Shown: positions 48,816 to 61,517 of the stretch, in pieces
Layout of the letters: each line of letters begins with the position of its first letter
Position numbering within the stretch: position 1 is the stretch's first letter
NCBI GenBank assembly: GCA_963693365.1
Contig: CAVNZM010000001.1
Coordinates: forward strand, 1,146,062-1,210,061
Direction: 5' to 3'
DNA: 64,000 bases
From: Amoebidium appalachense
Lineage: Eukaryota > Protista > Ichthyosporea
The notes under the pieces: model-generated
Told to the model about the DNA's origin: nothing
The model's database searches: none
What the model saw: the letters and a program-made list of their open reading frames with translations, nothing else
Translations under genes and position numbers: made by a program

Positions 48816-51459
48816 CATTCTAATAATGTCGATGCAAAATGCAATGCGAATTATATCCCTCCTAACCTCTCTAGGTCATCTGACCACTCTCCTATCCTTT
48901 TCCTACCTAAGATCTCCCTTGATCTGCTCCCCCCTCCCCCTCCCACCTTTCGCCTCCGTCTATCCCAGCTTAAGTCACAGTGGGGTAGAGTTGATGTATG
49001 TGTATGCTATGCTACGAAACACCCTATATATATGCGCCTATTAGAATCTGCACAAGCCAGGCCAGATTCACATCTCGTACTAGATACATGCACTAACTTT
49101 ATTGTTGATGATTTGATAGATCTCGGTGATTATGCTGGCGGTGGTAGGAAGGAATATCCCGATGCTCTCTTGTTACCAAACACCACTCCCGCTAGACTAG
49201 GTGAACCCCTGTCTCAAAAGGAAAGCTTGCGCCGGCTTGCTAGTATAAATCGATTTGGCCCCCCTGCTCGTATTATTGGTGATACCACTGGAGACCCCCT
49301 CATAGACTCTGATAAGTATTTCTCGGAACTGTTTAAAGATAGGACCCCCGCTCAGAAACCTATTGTGTGGCCTGTAGACCCATCTATCCCCATAGAATCG
49401 ATCCTCCCCTTTTTCAGTCCCGATGCCATATGGTCTGTGATATCTAGTTATAGCTCTAGTAAGTCTTGTGGACCTGATGGACTCCCTGCTGGGTTTCTTA
49501 AAATCCTTGTTCCCTCCTACCCACAAAAGGAAAGTGATCGTGCTATTAAACCTGATCTTACTATCATGTTAAGCTCTCTCTTTTCTTGGTGTGTTAAATG
49601 TGGACATGTCCCGTCATCTTGGTTAGATACCTTAGTGATCCCCATAGTTAAGAAGGACTCTGAGGGCCCCATATCATCCTTTCGCCCCATTACACTAACC
49701 CAGGTTGTTCGTAGATTCTTTGAAGCTTGCTTACTTAGGTTATTTGCACATCACCCTAGGTTTCAATCTATTCTTCACATACACCCATGCCAATCCGCTT
49801 TTCGTAAAAACAATTCATGTTATGTTCAAATAATGGCACTGCACGATTCTATGCAAGTTGGTGCACAATATGTTGGCTTTATTGATTGGAAAACTGCTTA
49901 CGATTCTGTCTCCCCTGGTCTCCTATGGGAAAAGCTTGCTGCACGGGGTGTACCACACTGCATTGGTGTTCTGTTAGAAGCACTCTTGTCTCAAACCTAT
50001 GGTAGAGCTGTGGTTAATGGGCATCTTTCATATGGTTTTGCTAGTACTAGAGGTCTCTTGCAGGGTTCATTGCTTAGCCCCTTTTTGTTTAACCTATTTA
50101 TAGATGATTTGGCTGTCAAGATTTACGCCGAAAACGATGACCCTATTAATAACTTTCCGCCTGCACTTCTCTATGCTGATGATCTGTCCCTCCTTGCCCG
50201 TACCCCTAGACGCCTGCAAAGATTGTTCGATGTAGTGTCAGAGTGGTGCAAGGCAAACCTTATGATCCTTAACATAGACAAATGTGGTGTTCTTGTACCT
50301 GATATAGCTAACAATTTACACACATTTACATTATCATCTAAACCTGTACCTATAGTTCCAGAATACAAATATCTTGGTGTTCCGGTTGATTCTGTTGGTG
50401 TTATGTTTCCCCATATGGTCGAAAAGAGGGTAGAGTTGGCTCGTAAGCGGTTAGCTTTCTTCTCGGCTAATATTTTTAAAGACACACCCCTCCATCCTTC
50501 TATTAGACTTACATTTATTCGCACTTTTGTCTTCCCGGCATGTGAATATGGTTTACCCCTTCTCGCCGCTTGGATCAAGAAAGAGAGAACTAGAGCGCTT
50601 AAACCCTTGGCAAATTTCCTTGAAGCAGAAGTTGCCTCCTTTCTATCTAACAACTGTTGTAAACCTGGGCCTGTAACGCTCTCGATATATGGTCTGGTCC
50701 CAATAGCTGCTAGAGTATCCTATCTCGCGCTGAAATTCAATAAGCACATAAGCCGATTAAAGAAGTATTTGCCCTCCCAACCTCTCTTCTCTATCCGACC
50801 TGTCCCCTCCTCACCTCTCCCCTCTTTCCTCCCCTCTCTCTCTCCTTCTCCCCTGGGCACAAATACAAATAAACCCCGCAATAGTGTGTGTGTGACTTTG
50901 GACTGCCACTTACTTATTAAACATGTACACAATCACAAGATAACCACGCAATATAACAAATGGAAAAAGATACCACACGACACTAGACCCGATGAAAGCA
51001 TACACCTTGAAAAACTAAGCCTTATGTCTCGTTTTATATATACTGACCGCCTCAACCATATTGCCAAATATGGCACTCGCAAGTGTATAACACCTAAATA
51101 CATATTACCTTCCTGTAGAACTGGTCTTTCTCTAGCTGATGGTATTATTGATCAATTACCACGCTTTTACTGTACACGTGCTATACAGTGGAGATCTAAT
51201 AAGTATAAGGTGGCATCATTTGCATGCCCAAACAACACACACACACACCAGTTTAACCGGTCATGTATCGCCAAATGTAGTTTGATAGACCACATAATAC
51301 CGCAACACACACACGTCACATTCACAACAGACACCCAGAAAGATAGCCTACCTGTAAATTACAACATCCTTAATTTTATACTAAACACGCGTAACTACGA
51401 CCTGTTTATTAGATGTATTGATTGGCTTGAGAAACACATCACTACAAAATTATAGCGCA

Positions 51460-51532
<73 letters not shown>

Positions 51533-51564
51533 CCAGCTGATACCGAGTGTCCCGAGGGGAGCCC

Positions 51565-51610
<46 letters not shown>
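48816..51610 (+). mobile_element. Non-LTR (LINE-type) retrotransposon copy 2
   Basis: Near-identical to copy 1; (CA)n 51464-51530; poly(A) 51569-51610. The 5' boundary and TSD are not resolved. Confidence 0.9.
49032..51455 (+). CDS. LINE-type reverse transcriptase with Cys/His-containing C-terminus (807 aa)
   Basis: Uninterrupted RT motifs including YADD. The frame stays open upstream to ~48816 and includes SDH (48879-48887), the last motif of an APE endonuclease; the rest of the APE domain is not visible. Confidence 0.9.
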   Translation: MRLLESAQARPDSHLVLDTCTNFIVDDLIDLGDYAGGGRKEYPDALLLPNTTPARLGEPLSQKESLRRLASINRFGPPARIIGDTTGDPLIDSDKYFSELFKDRTPAQKPIVWPVDPSIPIESILPFFSPDAIWSVISSYSSSKSCGPDGLPAGFLKILVPSYPQKESDRAIKPDLTIMLSSLFSWCVKCGHVPSSWLDTLVIPIVKKDSEGPISSFRPITLTQVVRRFFEACLLRLFAHHPRFQSILHIHPCQSAFRKNNSCYVQIMALHDSMQVGAQYVGFIDWKTAYDSVSPGLLWEKLAARGVPHCIGVLLEALLSQTYGRAVVNGHLSYGFASTRGLLQGSLLSPFLFNLFIDDLAVKIYAENDDPINNFPPALLYADDLSLLARTPRRLQRLFDVVSEWCKANLMILNIDKCGVLVPDIANNLHTFTLSSKPVPIVPEYKYLGVPVDSVGVMFPHMVEKRVELARKRLAFFSANIFKDTPLHPSIRLTFIRTFVFPACEYGLPLLAAWIKKERTRALKPLANFLEAEVASFLSNNCCKPGPVTLSIYGLVPIAARVSYLALKFNKHISRLKKYLPSQPLFSIRPVPSSPLPSFLPSLSPSPLGTNTNKPRNSVCVTLDCHLLIKHVHNHKITTQYNKWKKIPHDTRPDESIHLEKLSLMSRFIYTDRLNHIAKYGTRKCITPKYILPSCRTGLSLADGIIDQLPRFYCTRAIQWRSNKYKVASFACPNNTHTHQFNRSCIAKCSLIDHIIPQHTHVTFTTDTQKDSLPVNYNILNFILNTRNYDLFIRCIDWLEKHITTKL

Positions 51611-51611
<1 letters not shown>

Positions 51612-52240
51612 GGGGAACCCCAACTAATTGATTTCTCCTTGTAGTCTTTATGGTGTCTCGTAGAGAAAGTAAACCCTGATATATAGTCACCACCCGACAT
51701 CTATGTACGTGATCATGATATACCGCTGAGGGGATATTCCGAGCAAAACCCCCCCCCATACCTGAGACTGGTTCTCTTTGCCTCGAGTAAACAGCGTAAA
51801 CCCCATTATTATGTCGGTACAAGCAATGCGTGATTTACTAATGCAGGGATTTATAAGCGGCGAACTTAAAAGACTTAGTGGAAGCAAGCCGATCGGCTTG
51901 CAGGGCTCTCATATGTGCTGCTCCGCGCGCCTGGTATATAGGCACGCTTTCAAGATGCTTTTGAGCGAGTAGGCAAAGGTGGTATTGTGCAGTAACATAT
52001 AAAGAAGGTTGATGTACTGCATTAAAGGTGTATACATGTGCGTAGAAGGGAAAGTAGGGCCTTGAAGGCGAGATTAGAAGTAGGAGAGGGCTACGCCGGC
52101 ACATGTGCGCCGGGCTAGGAGGCGGTTCTCCCTAAAACTCTAGGGTGATTCTACCGAGAGTGTGCCAAATCGGAAAATGCTTTTTGAATTAGCGGGTTTG
52201 GGCCAGATGTCTGAGAGAAATCAATTAGTTGGGGTTCCCA
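51611..52240. mobile_element. Non-coding element with 25-bp terminal inverted repeats (MITE-like)
   Basis: GGGAACCCCAACTAATTGATTTCTC at 51613-51637 and its exact reverse complement at 52215-52239; flanked by an A-run on the left and a T-run on the right. Confidence 0.7.
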
Positions 52241-52429
52241 TTTTTTTTTTTTTTTTCTTCTTTTTTTTAATATATATATATATATAATATTAATAATATA
52301 TATATATAACGTATCAGCCTGCAGCTGCAATATTCGAGTAGGGTCCGGATCTATGATTATAAGCCTCCAATGAAACTTTCACCAGTAAATAGAGGGCCCA
52401 ATCAGTATAGGAGAACCATTAATTCACTC

Positions 52430-52750
52430 AGATCAGAGATATGGCGGCCGGGCCGCCCGGCCCGCATTTGGCCCGAAAAATGCATGCGCTGGGCTGCCCG
52501 GCCTGGCCCGAAAATTTTGGGCTGGGCCAAGCCTTCAGTTGGGCCTGACCCCCACCTCCCAGCGCCCGAAAGTGTATCAGTAACGTCACGTGCCACGGTG
52601 TGGAGTCACCCCGGTATCAGGTCAGAAGGATTTTGCACAAAACATTTGCGCAAACTCTTTTTAAATATGGTATATCCTTGAGCCCGGCCTGACTGGTCTC
52701 GGCCCGAAATATGGGATGGCCGGGCTGCCCGGCCCGGTCTGGCCCAAAAC
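52430..52750. repeat. GGCCC/GGGCC motif clusters upstream of the esterase gene (hAT-like subterminal repeats or promoter elements)
   Basis: Many GGCCC(G/A) and GGGC(C/T) motifs in two clusters, 52445-52546 and 52682-52747. Confidence 0.5.
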
Positions 52751-52974
52751 CCCTCACCACACCTCTGACGTAAATGACTGAATGTCCTTCATGTCCGTTA
52801 GCAAAAACAGTGCGTAAACCCCCTTCAAGATGAAGCAACAGATAGGTACACCAGAATTGTCAAATCACACGCAGCTATATCAAAGTGTAAAGATATAGCT
52901 CTCCGCTTGGTTTACGTAATTACACGGTCTATATTTTGGGAAACGGTGGGAGCTGCGATAGCTCATTTGCAATA

Positions 52975-54987
52975 ATGCTCAACAGCGGGTATGAGAAGGG
53001 CCAACACTCCATGGCCCAACACCTTTGGATTTACCATCTAAGATTAGGCGTATTTCTCATGTTCGTGCTCGGTGTCGTTGCGGTACTAACAGCTATGGTC
53101 TTGGGTTTTCCGGAAAACATGTGCCCGTCCGGGTTGCTGCCACTACTCTCTCGTCCGCAGCCGGCTGTGACCGGCGCGTCTACCAGACGTCCACAGCCGG
53201 CTGTGACCGGCGTGTCTACCAGAGAGGGCAACTTAACGAGTCCTAAACAGCCCAATGTCATCGTGGATAGCTTTTTTGAAGGTAGGCGGTTTTTGGTCGG
53301 CTCTAGGTTCGGCTGTTGGAGTTGAGCACTTGACTACCTGTTGTAAGTTCAGCTCAGCCGAAAACTGTTCCGTTGCCCACGTCACTAGTTTAAGTTAAGC
53401 AGCTGACAACTCATCGTGTTGCTCAAGGCTGCAGGCCAACTGCATGCTTGCCGATGGCATTGAAACTACAGAATGTTGTTGTGCACTGTCCGGTTACCTA
53501 GTCTCAGCAGAACACTTGGCGTTGCTACAATACAAACGAATATGGTACACGGTACAAGTTTTTCACAGCACGCAAACACTGCATGCACAAAGCCATACTA
53601 CAAAATGTGAACGTAATAGAAGCTCCATAACTTGCACTGATTGTTAACTGCATCTCTTTGTCTTTCACTAATTTTTAAACACGACTCCCCCAGCTGATGC
53701 AGTGGTGCCCGGGCTACCGTACCCCTTTATCGACTCCACGTCTTCCAGAAGATGTGACATTTTCGCTGCCATGCAGAGGCCCGATCCAGAGATTACCAAC
53801 CTGGCAATATCAAATGCCACCATCACTGCTCTAGACGGTGTAGCAGTGGCCACAATCATTGCATTCAACGATAAAACTGGTGGCCTGCGGACATATGGAG
53901 GAGACGTTATCATCTGCCGCCTGGTAGGAGACGGGAAAGAGGGACAGTTTCGCACATATGCATTCAGTCGAGACCACTGCAACGGCACATATACATGTTC
54001 GTTTGACATGCGTTATGCCCGTCCAGGTAAATATTATTTGCAGGTTTCACATCACACAAGGGGCTACCTTCATGAAATTAAGACTGTGAGTGAACCCACG
54101 TGTGGGGCTACCATTGGAGGTGTCTATATCAACAACACAGCCATTCTTTCAGCCCGAGTCAACCATTGGACTACGAAGGTGTGTATAGTTATTATAAACT
54201 TTGCTCTCTGCATCCCAAGCCACGCCGGCCCAAACCTAAAGCCGGTTCAAAGCCGCCAAGCACATGGCCTTGTTTACCAACTGCTCGAATATGCAACCAA
54301 AATATGCTTTCATATAATTGCCGTCCATTTGTTGTCATCATAATGGTTTATCGAGTGCTTCGGTTTTTTTCCTTTAGTCTTCGGGGGGGCGGATGAGTGG
54401 TGGGCGTAGGGGGGGGGTGGGGGTTGGGGGGGGGTTGGGAGGGGATGCTGCAGCCAACGTGATGGTGACTTGTTGTGTCTGTGCACTTAGTGGTCATTGA
54501 AATCCGACAGAGCATCAGGTCGCCTCAGTTGAGACATTCAAGTTATGTGAGTCACATTGGATAAAGTCGGTGATGTGTTGCACTTGCTCGTTCTTCTCAA
54601 GGAGATGCATGTGGTTCCAAGGCTGTCTGTAATTGTACATGCTTGATATTCCTATTTTTTTGTCTCTCTATAATAACTATATGGTATAAAATTATAGTGC
54701 TTTATGTGTTTTTGACCTGGGACTACTGAGATTGGGTCACCAGGAGAGGTAGCCTTATGGTCGGTGTCGACAGGTGTTGAAAACCGTGGCTAAATCATAG
54801 GTGCTTGCTGTACTTATTATCGCACATGCATTGGTATTTGTGGCAACGATATTGCGGACACAGCCTTCAATAATACTCTTGCTAGACCTCATTCTTCTGC
54901 ATGGTTGACCCCGAGTTTACGTTTGCTAAACCTGTCATGTCTACAGCTCTATCCACTTCTTCTTCTTCTTCTTTTTTTTTTTTTTTT

Positions 54988-55018
<31 letters not shown>

Positions 55019-58000
55019 GGGAGGGGGGGGGGGGGGGGGGGGAGGGGGGGGGGGGGGGGGAGGGGGGGGAGGGGGGAGGGGGGGGGGGGGCATGGAACAC
55101 AAGCAAATGAAGATTGCCAAGGGAGACACTGCAGTTGTGGGGAGGAAAAGAAAGATATGCTCATGTGTGGCTTTCATCTCGAAAATAGAGCTGCCGGTAA
55201 CCCTACCCTTCACTTCTTAGGTCAACTTCACAGACACGACTATGCGCATCAAGGAATTGCAGCCCTTGCGGACCTTGCACCTGCCGCACTGCACAATGAA
55301 CAACCCGGCCCAGGGCCGCTGGGTGTACACTGCAAACTGCTTTGACACCGCCGCTGCAGAAGCAATTGTAAGTTGTTTCTCTTCCGCTGGCAAAACCATT
55401 TAAACATCCAAACAAAAATACCTCGGCTTATTCATGCTGCCGTTTGCAATGTTTTTCGTGTGATCAGCTATGCCACTCTACTCAATCCCATTTAACGTGT
55501 ATGGCATCTGCGTGATTATGCAGCTCTAGTTGATTTCGTCTATCGTATCGAGTTGAAACGAGGTATTTATCTGTAATACCGATTTTCGCTAATTTGCACA
55601 TCTACCCGGTTATAAAATATAAGCACATGGGCAACCTGGTACATACCTGGTTCATTGAGTAAAGGCGCAATGTCGTGTTCATCTGTAAACCATCGGTTCT
55701 TTTTTTCTGTACACATACACAGATATTAGGGCCGGTGTGAAGAGTCAATGCCAAACGTGTGCAAGGATCATTAATGCTTCCCTCTCTACATCAAGCATCC
55801 TCTCTACATCAAGCATATGTGTAAAGCAAAAGTGTTTAGCTTAGCACCCCTGAACATGCAAACTTTATCTAAACGAACGCACACAGGCATCGGGGAAATT
55901 GAATCCTTTTGATCAAGCCAGTGGGCCGGTCAACTCAACATGCCGCCGGGGCCACCCCTGGCATGGCGTACGAGACATGTACACGTGGGTGCCGTACCAC
56001 TGCTCTCTACGCTACATAAGCATTGACGATTTTACCACCATGGCACTTGCCCGCGGTGAAAGGACCTTCTGGGTTCTTGGTGATTCAAGGTCTTACAATC
56101 TGGCTCTACTGCTCAGTGACTTCTTCCGTGGGGCACGACCAGATCCCAAAACTGGGATTGTGCCTGACGAGGTGCGTCTCCCTCCTCCCGTCTTCTGCTC
56201 CACTTCAGGTTGCCAACTTCCCCTCCTCCGTTTACTGCTACCTGTCCTCACTAACCAACCAAATACCCCTTCTCCTTTGCAACCACCATAACCACATCTT
56301 GGGAGAGAGTAGCTCAAAGTACATATAATCTTTGGGCAGCCAATAGCTTGCAACCTAAGTATCGATTGCCACCTTTGAGGCTAGCCAATAAGATTTGACC
56401 CACCGTTTGTCGACAGTCACTGATGCGTAACTAATTGAGATGACATCTGTGTTGCATCATAAGAATCTGTTGTGTGATAGGGTGGAACAGGGTAGAAGCA
56501 TCAGTCTGAACACCCTAATTGGGGTGTTTTCTACGGGCATAACAAGCACTGTGGTCAGACGTTGCATAATGTCGTGCATGCTCAAACACGAGTGCAGAAG
56601 GCTGATGCATTTTTTAAACCAAACAGGATCTTGCAATCTCGGTTCCTCTAGAAGGAAAGGAGTACTGGAATGGAAGCTACGTACGGCACGAGTTATTGGT
56701 CAATAACGAGGAGGGCCTTAAGCTCATGCTTTCATTGACGTACGGTTCACACAACGGCACGAGAACCCTGCCCTGCGACCCAGACACAGGCTCAGGAATC
56801 GTAAGGCTGAGAAAACACATCGGCTCTCTATTGGACAGATTGAACTCTCTGCTTGCTGCGGCCGAGAAAACTCCGGTTGACGTGTTGATTATGCAGGCAA
56901 GATTCACCCAAATCACATTACCCTCTCACTCCACCCCATACAACTTACATCTCTTTTGCGCCTCTAATCCTTCCTCTTTCAGTGGGGCATCCAAGAACAC
57001 ATCGATTACAAATTGGCCTAAGAATGGAGAAAGAAAGCCGTACCTCTATTTCTGTCGGTGTTCTGGTGGTGCTGGTGTTTGTTGGGTCTCGGTGTGATGC
57101 TTCGGTTCGAGCGGTGGTAGTGTCACACATATCTTTGCATGATAGTGATGTGGTTGTCACTCAGAGATCAGCTTTAAGATGGGCTGATTTTATCAGAAGC
57201 TGTATTGTGCTATTTAGTATACACGACGATTCTTTGAACTGCTACAGACTGTTGGTTTCAAACACATCACTGTCTACTAAAATCTACACATTACAAGCGC
57301 TTGGCTGATCAGTTTACAGCTGATTTATTACAGACTGTTACAGACCACATTGCACTTTTCTGGATCTATCACAGGGGCTTGGCTGTGCAGAATACTATCG
57401 CCTTTGCGACATCACACTTTGCACAGCTGTTACTGTCAGATCACCCAGAAACATGTTGGCTTTACCAACATGGAGGAAAACACTTATCTGCAAATAGATC
57501 TTTCATCATTTCGTGGCATTCACGTTCAAGTGTATTGGGAGCATTTTCATGAATGGCATGCTTTCTTGTATTGTTGCTCTGACAATGAAAAAGCTGACCG
57601 GGCACACATTCGTGTTACAATGAACAGGATGGGGGCCTCCATGACATGTGGCCCGGATTTTCGGATGAAGACTATCTGCACAACGTCGACACCATGATTG
57701 CGATGCTAAAACAAAAATTCCGTGGCCGGGTGATTTATTACGTCATGCCAAGCACCGACGGCTTTGGCATGGGGTTTGTAAGCCCATTCACGTCCTCACC
57801 GAAGTTGTGGAGACGGTCGCGCTTGGGAGCAGCCCGATTCCGAGCAGCTGGCTACGAAGTTTGGGATCCTCATATGATGACAGCCACCAGGGGTGACCGC
57901 TACTACGATTATCTCCATTTCTATGTGCGCCCATCCCAGAGGCCGAATACCCAAGCAGCCTTCCCTATCACTTTGGGCATGGAGATGGTCCAGGACTTAG

Positions 58001-58029
58001 CCAATCGCATGTATTCATGGAAGGGCTGA
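52975..58029 (+). CDS. NXPE/PC-esterase-like (SGNH fold) type II membrane protein, multi-exon; probable glycan O-acyltransferase or esterase
   Basis: N-terminal TM (LGVFLMFVLGVVAVLTAMVLG); filamin/NXPE-like RTYGGD...DHCNGTY; C...GRWV; WVPYHC; GDS; GLHD; DYLH (DxxH). Exons ~52975-53281, 53694-54178, 55221-55367, 55887-56171, 56627-56896, 57628-58029; small exons near 54886 and 55722 are uncertain. Confidence 0.8.
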
Positions 58030-58399
58030 TCCCCCTCTCCCCCCCCCCCCCCCCCCCCTTCTCCCTCCTTCTATGAAAACTACTCCGGGACGTGTGTTGC
58101 CTCTAGGGGGACATCCCCTTGGACGAAAGTGAACCTGCAATGGTTGTAAACCACGGCAAGCCCCCAGTCATCAATTTATTGATCCGTGAGGTCCTTGTGC
58201 CCAAAAAATGGGGGAAGTCTTCGCCCCGTGAAAAAACAGCACGTATGTGGGGATCAATGGGGGTTGAGTGTAGGGTGTAGGTGGGTGGGTGAAAAGAAAA
58301 ATATAGCTGTAAAGCTGTAGGTGCTAAACACAGAAGATGTGTTTGTTGCTTGCTGATCTGCTAAAAAACTGTCGTGCTTATATACCCAAGGCTACCGAA

Positions 58400-58484
58400 C
58401 TGAGCCAATCAAAATCGATCTAGTGTTATGTGAAATCTGATCCTGAGCCAATCAAACTCGGTCTAGTGATCTGTGGAATCTGAT
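58400..58484. repeat. ~43-bp tandem duplication containing AGCCAATCA (CCAAT-box-like)
   Basis: CTGAGCCAATCAAA.TCG.TCTAGTG.T.TGTG.AATCTGAT occurs twice. Confidence 0.65.
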
Positions 58485-58974
58485 GTTTTTGATCGGCTAA
58501 TAGGTGCCCGTATGCGGGCAGTCGAACGCGAACTGCTAAAACATGAAACGAAGCCTGTTGATATCGGACACCCATCCTACGTGTTTACCCAGAAAAAATA
58601 TTTATGTCAATAATTTCAACAAATAAAACCTCATTCCCCCAGCCCATCCCAACCCCACTCTCTTGCATCTCAGGCTGTCATCTTGATGCTCAGAAACACA
58701 AGAAGAAGGCACCTATTGCTCCCAGCTTGTTGCACTGATGTTACCTTTTTCGTTTTTCTCTTTTTTGTTTCTCTTTTTCCTTTTTTGTTTCTCTCAAGGG
58801 TTTGGTCATCTAATTTTTAAATTATATGATGATCAAGTGAAAAAACAATTGTTGTGTATGGCAAACACCCGTCGGCTTACAACCTAGCATACACATATAT
58901 TCACCTAAATGATTTGAATAGAAGCACATCCACAAATGCACTTGTGCACGTGTGCACAAAAACTATATATACAT

Positions 58975-59036
<62 letters not shown>

Positions 59037-60068
59037 GCACACACGCACCATATACACTCACACAAAGACGCCATCACGTTTGCCACGTGCACGTATGTCC
59101 ATGCCTGGGCAAGCACGCATACACACAAAAACAGGCAAGCACACACATGTATGCAAGCCTACATATACACACACACACATACACACACAAGACACACACA
59201 CACACACATACACAATTCATATAATTATACTTATTTTATACATACACACACACACATACACATATATATATATAATAGATAAGTTCCATTGCATGGTTAT
59301 TTTTTTTAAACATATATCTATAGGCTATTAGGCGTAGTCACCGTTGAAATATGTAGTGTATTTTGTATACTGTATCGGTAAATTGCAGATCAACAGGAAT
59401 ACGAATTCGGATTTTAGGCATTGTTGCACGTGTGGCGTTGTGATATTGAGTCAGGCTGTACACTCTAACTGTATTGAAATCCAGACCATAATCACATCCA
59501 AATAAACTTGGAAGCCTAGCCCGGCAATTCCCTGAATGATGTAAAAACACCAGCGAGCAATACCTGAGTGATGTAAAAACCTCACTTGTCCTTTTAAAGA
59601 CATCAACATGATAAGCCTGTTTACAAGGGCTACCTTGTCTTTCTGTGAGGGAAACTTTGGTAGGACACACTTTGTCGAGTGCACAGAGTTTTGATCACCC
59701 GTGAACATTTCTTTCGTTACCTATACAAAATGTGGCGTGTAATGTAAAGTTATGTGAAGGTAGTGTTTCGGTCACCAAATGTGGCGTGTACTGCAGTGCA
59801 GTAAAGAATCAAAGCCTTGTGGTAGGGTGGGATCGGGTGGGTCAATTGGGATCGAACTTCACACAGCGGCCCGGCATGAATGGCCGTAAAGGGGGTTTAA
59901 TTTTAGGTCGATTAATTGTCCCCATTCCAGAACATCCAGGTCAAACCAATTGCTTAGCATATAAATCAAAATCTGGAGCTGCAAACTTCTTCCTGATGCT
60001 AGATTATTATTTCCGCCTTCTTTCTTTCTTTTTTTCCTCTTTTCTTTTGTCTTTTTGTTGTATTTTGG

Positions 60069-60957
60069 TGTTGTTTTGTACGGGTCTATGGGAGCAGAGT
60101 GCACAGAGGTGTTATGTAAAACACGACTAACACATTAATGAGAGGGCAATCAGAGTTGTTCACGAGACATTGAAAGATTCAAACAACAACTGATTCTTTA
60201 TTGTGCTCTCGGTTCCTTTTGTACTTGTGACTTATCATCTTATCACAACTAAAGAGGGAGAACCAATCGGTTCTATCAGAAGATAGAAAAACACATTCCG
60301 ACAGAGCATACGCATTCCAACTTCCGATTAAACTAAAGTTTAGAAACTCTTACTTAAATAAATTAAGTAATTATACATCTAGTCACTATTAACTCACATA
60401 TATATTTATGTTCGTCTCTATAAAGAAACTTGTTTAAATATATATATTTCCTAATAGTCGACACTCTCAAAGTGAAGACACATTGCAATAAACCGAATTC
60501 CATATATATCTATTGTCCAATCACAACACACATATATTAATAGACAGGAATGCACAACACGAGCTACAGATGTACTCGCTCGCGACTATTGGCGAGCCAT
60601 CCATTTTGAGAACAAAACTAAGCCATTTTGAAATAAAGGAAAAACAACGAGTGTAGCTAGCCAATCACGCTACCTCTCAGATAAACAGAGGAGTCAGAGC
60701 AAACAGAAATAAAAATACAATAAGTTCTTATCAGGCAAGAGAGCCAGGTGTGCACAGATCTACAGATATCTGTGCTCACAGAAACAAGGGAGAGAGAGAT
60801 ACGGGGGGGGGGGGGGGGGGGAGAGCGAGAGAGAGAGAGAGAGAGAAAAGAGAAAGTCTTAGAGCACAAAGAAGGAAAGCAGACGCGAATACAAACAAGC
60901 TAAGACACATACATACTTCAAGGCTCTTGCTGTCATACATGGTGACGTATTCCAACA
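60069..60957 (-). mobile_element. Solo LTR-C
   Basis: TSD TTTGG at 60064-60068 and 60958-60962. Confidence 0.95.
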
Positions 60958-61009
60958 TTTGGGGCATCTGTAACATGCTTCCGGCCAAACGATGGTGCGC
61001 AGCTGATGA

Positions 61010-61130
61010 TGTTGGAATACGTCACTACGTATGACAGCAAGAGTCTTGAAGTATGTATGTGTCTTAGCTGTGTGTTGTATTCGTGTCTGCTTTCCTTCTT
61101 TGTGCTCTCTTCCTTTTCTCTTTTCTCTTT

Positions 61131-61220
<90 letters not shown>

Positions 61221-61517
61221 CCCCTCCCCCCCCCCCCCCCCCCGTATCTCTCTCTCTCCCTTGCCGGTCTGTGTGCACAGATATCTGTAGATCTGTGCAC
61301 ACCTGGCTCTCTTGCCTGATAGAACTTATTGTATTTTATTTCTGTTTCCTCTCCTCTGTTTATCTGAGAGGTAGCGTGATTGGCTAGCTATATTCGTTGT
61401 CTTTGTTTTATTTCAAAGTGGCTTAGTTTTAGTTCACGATAGGATGACTCGCCAATAGTCGCAACCGAGTACATCTATAGATCGTGTTGTGCATTCCTGT
61501 CTATTAATATACGTGTT
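61010..61517 (+). mobile_element. LTR-C 5' portion, interrupted
   Basis: Starts TGTTGGAATACG; homology stops at the LTR-B start. Confidence 0.9.
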
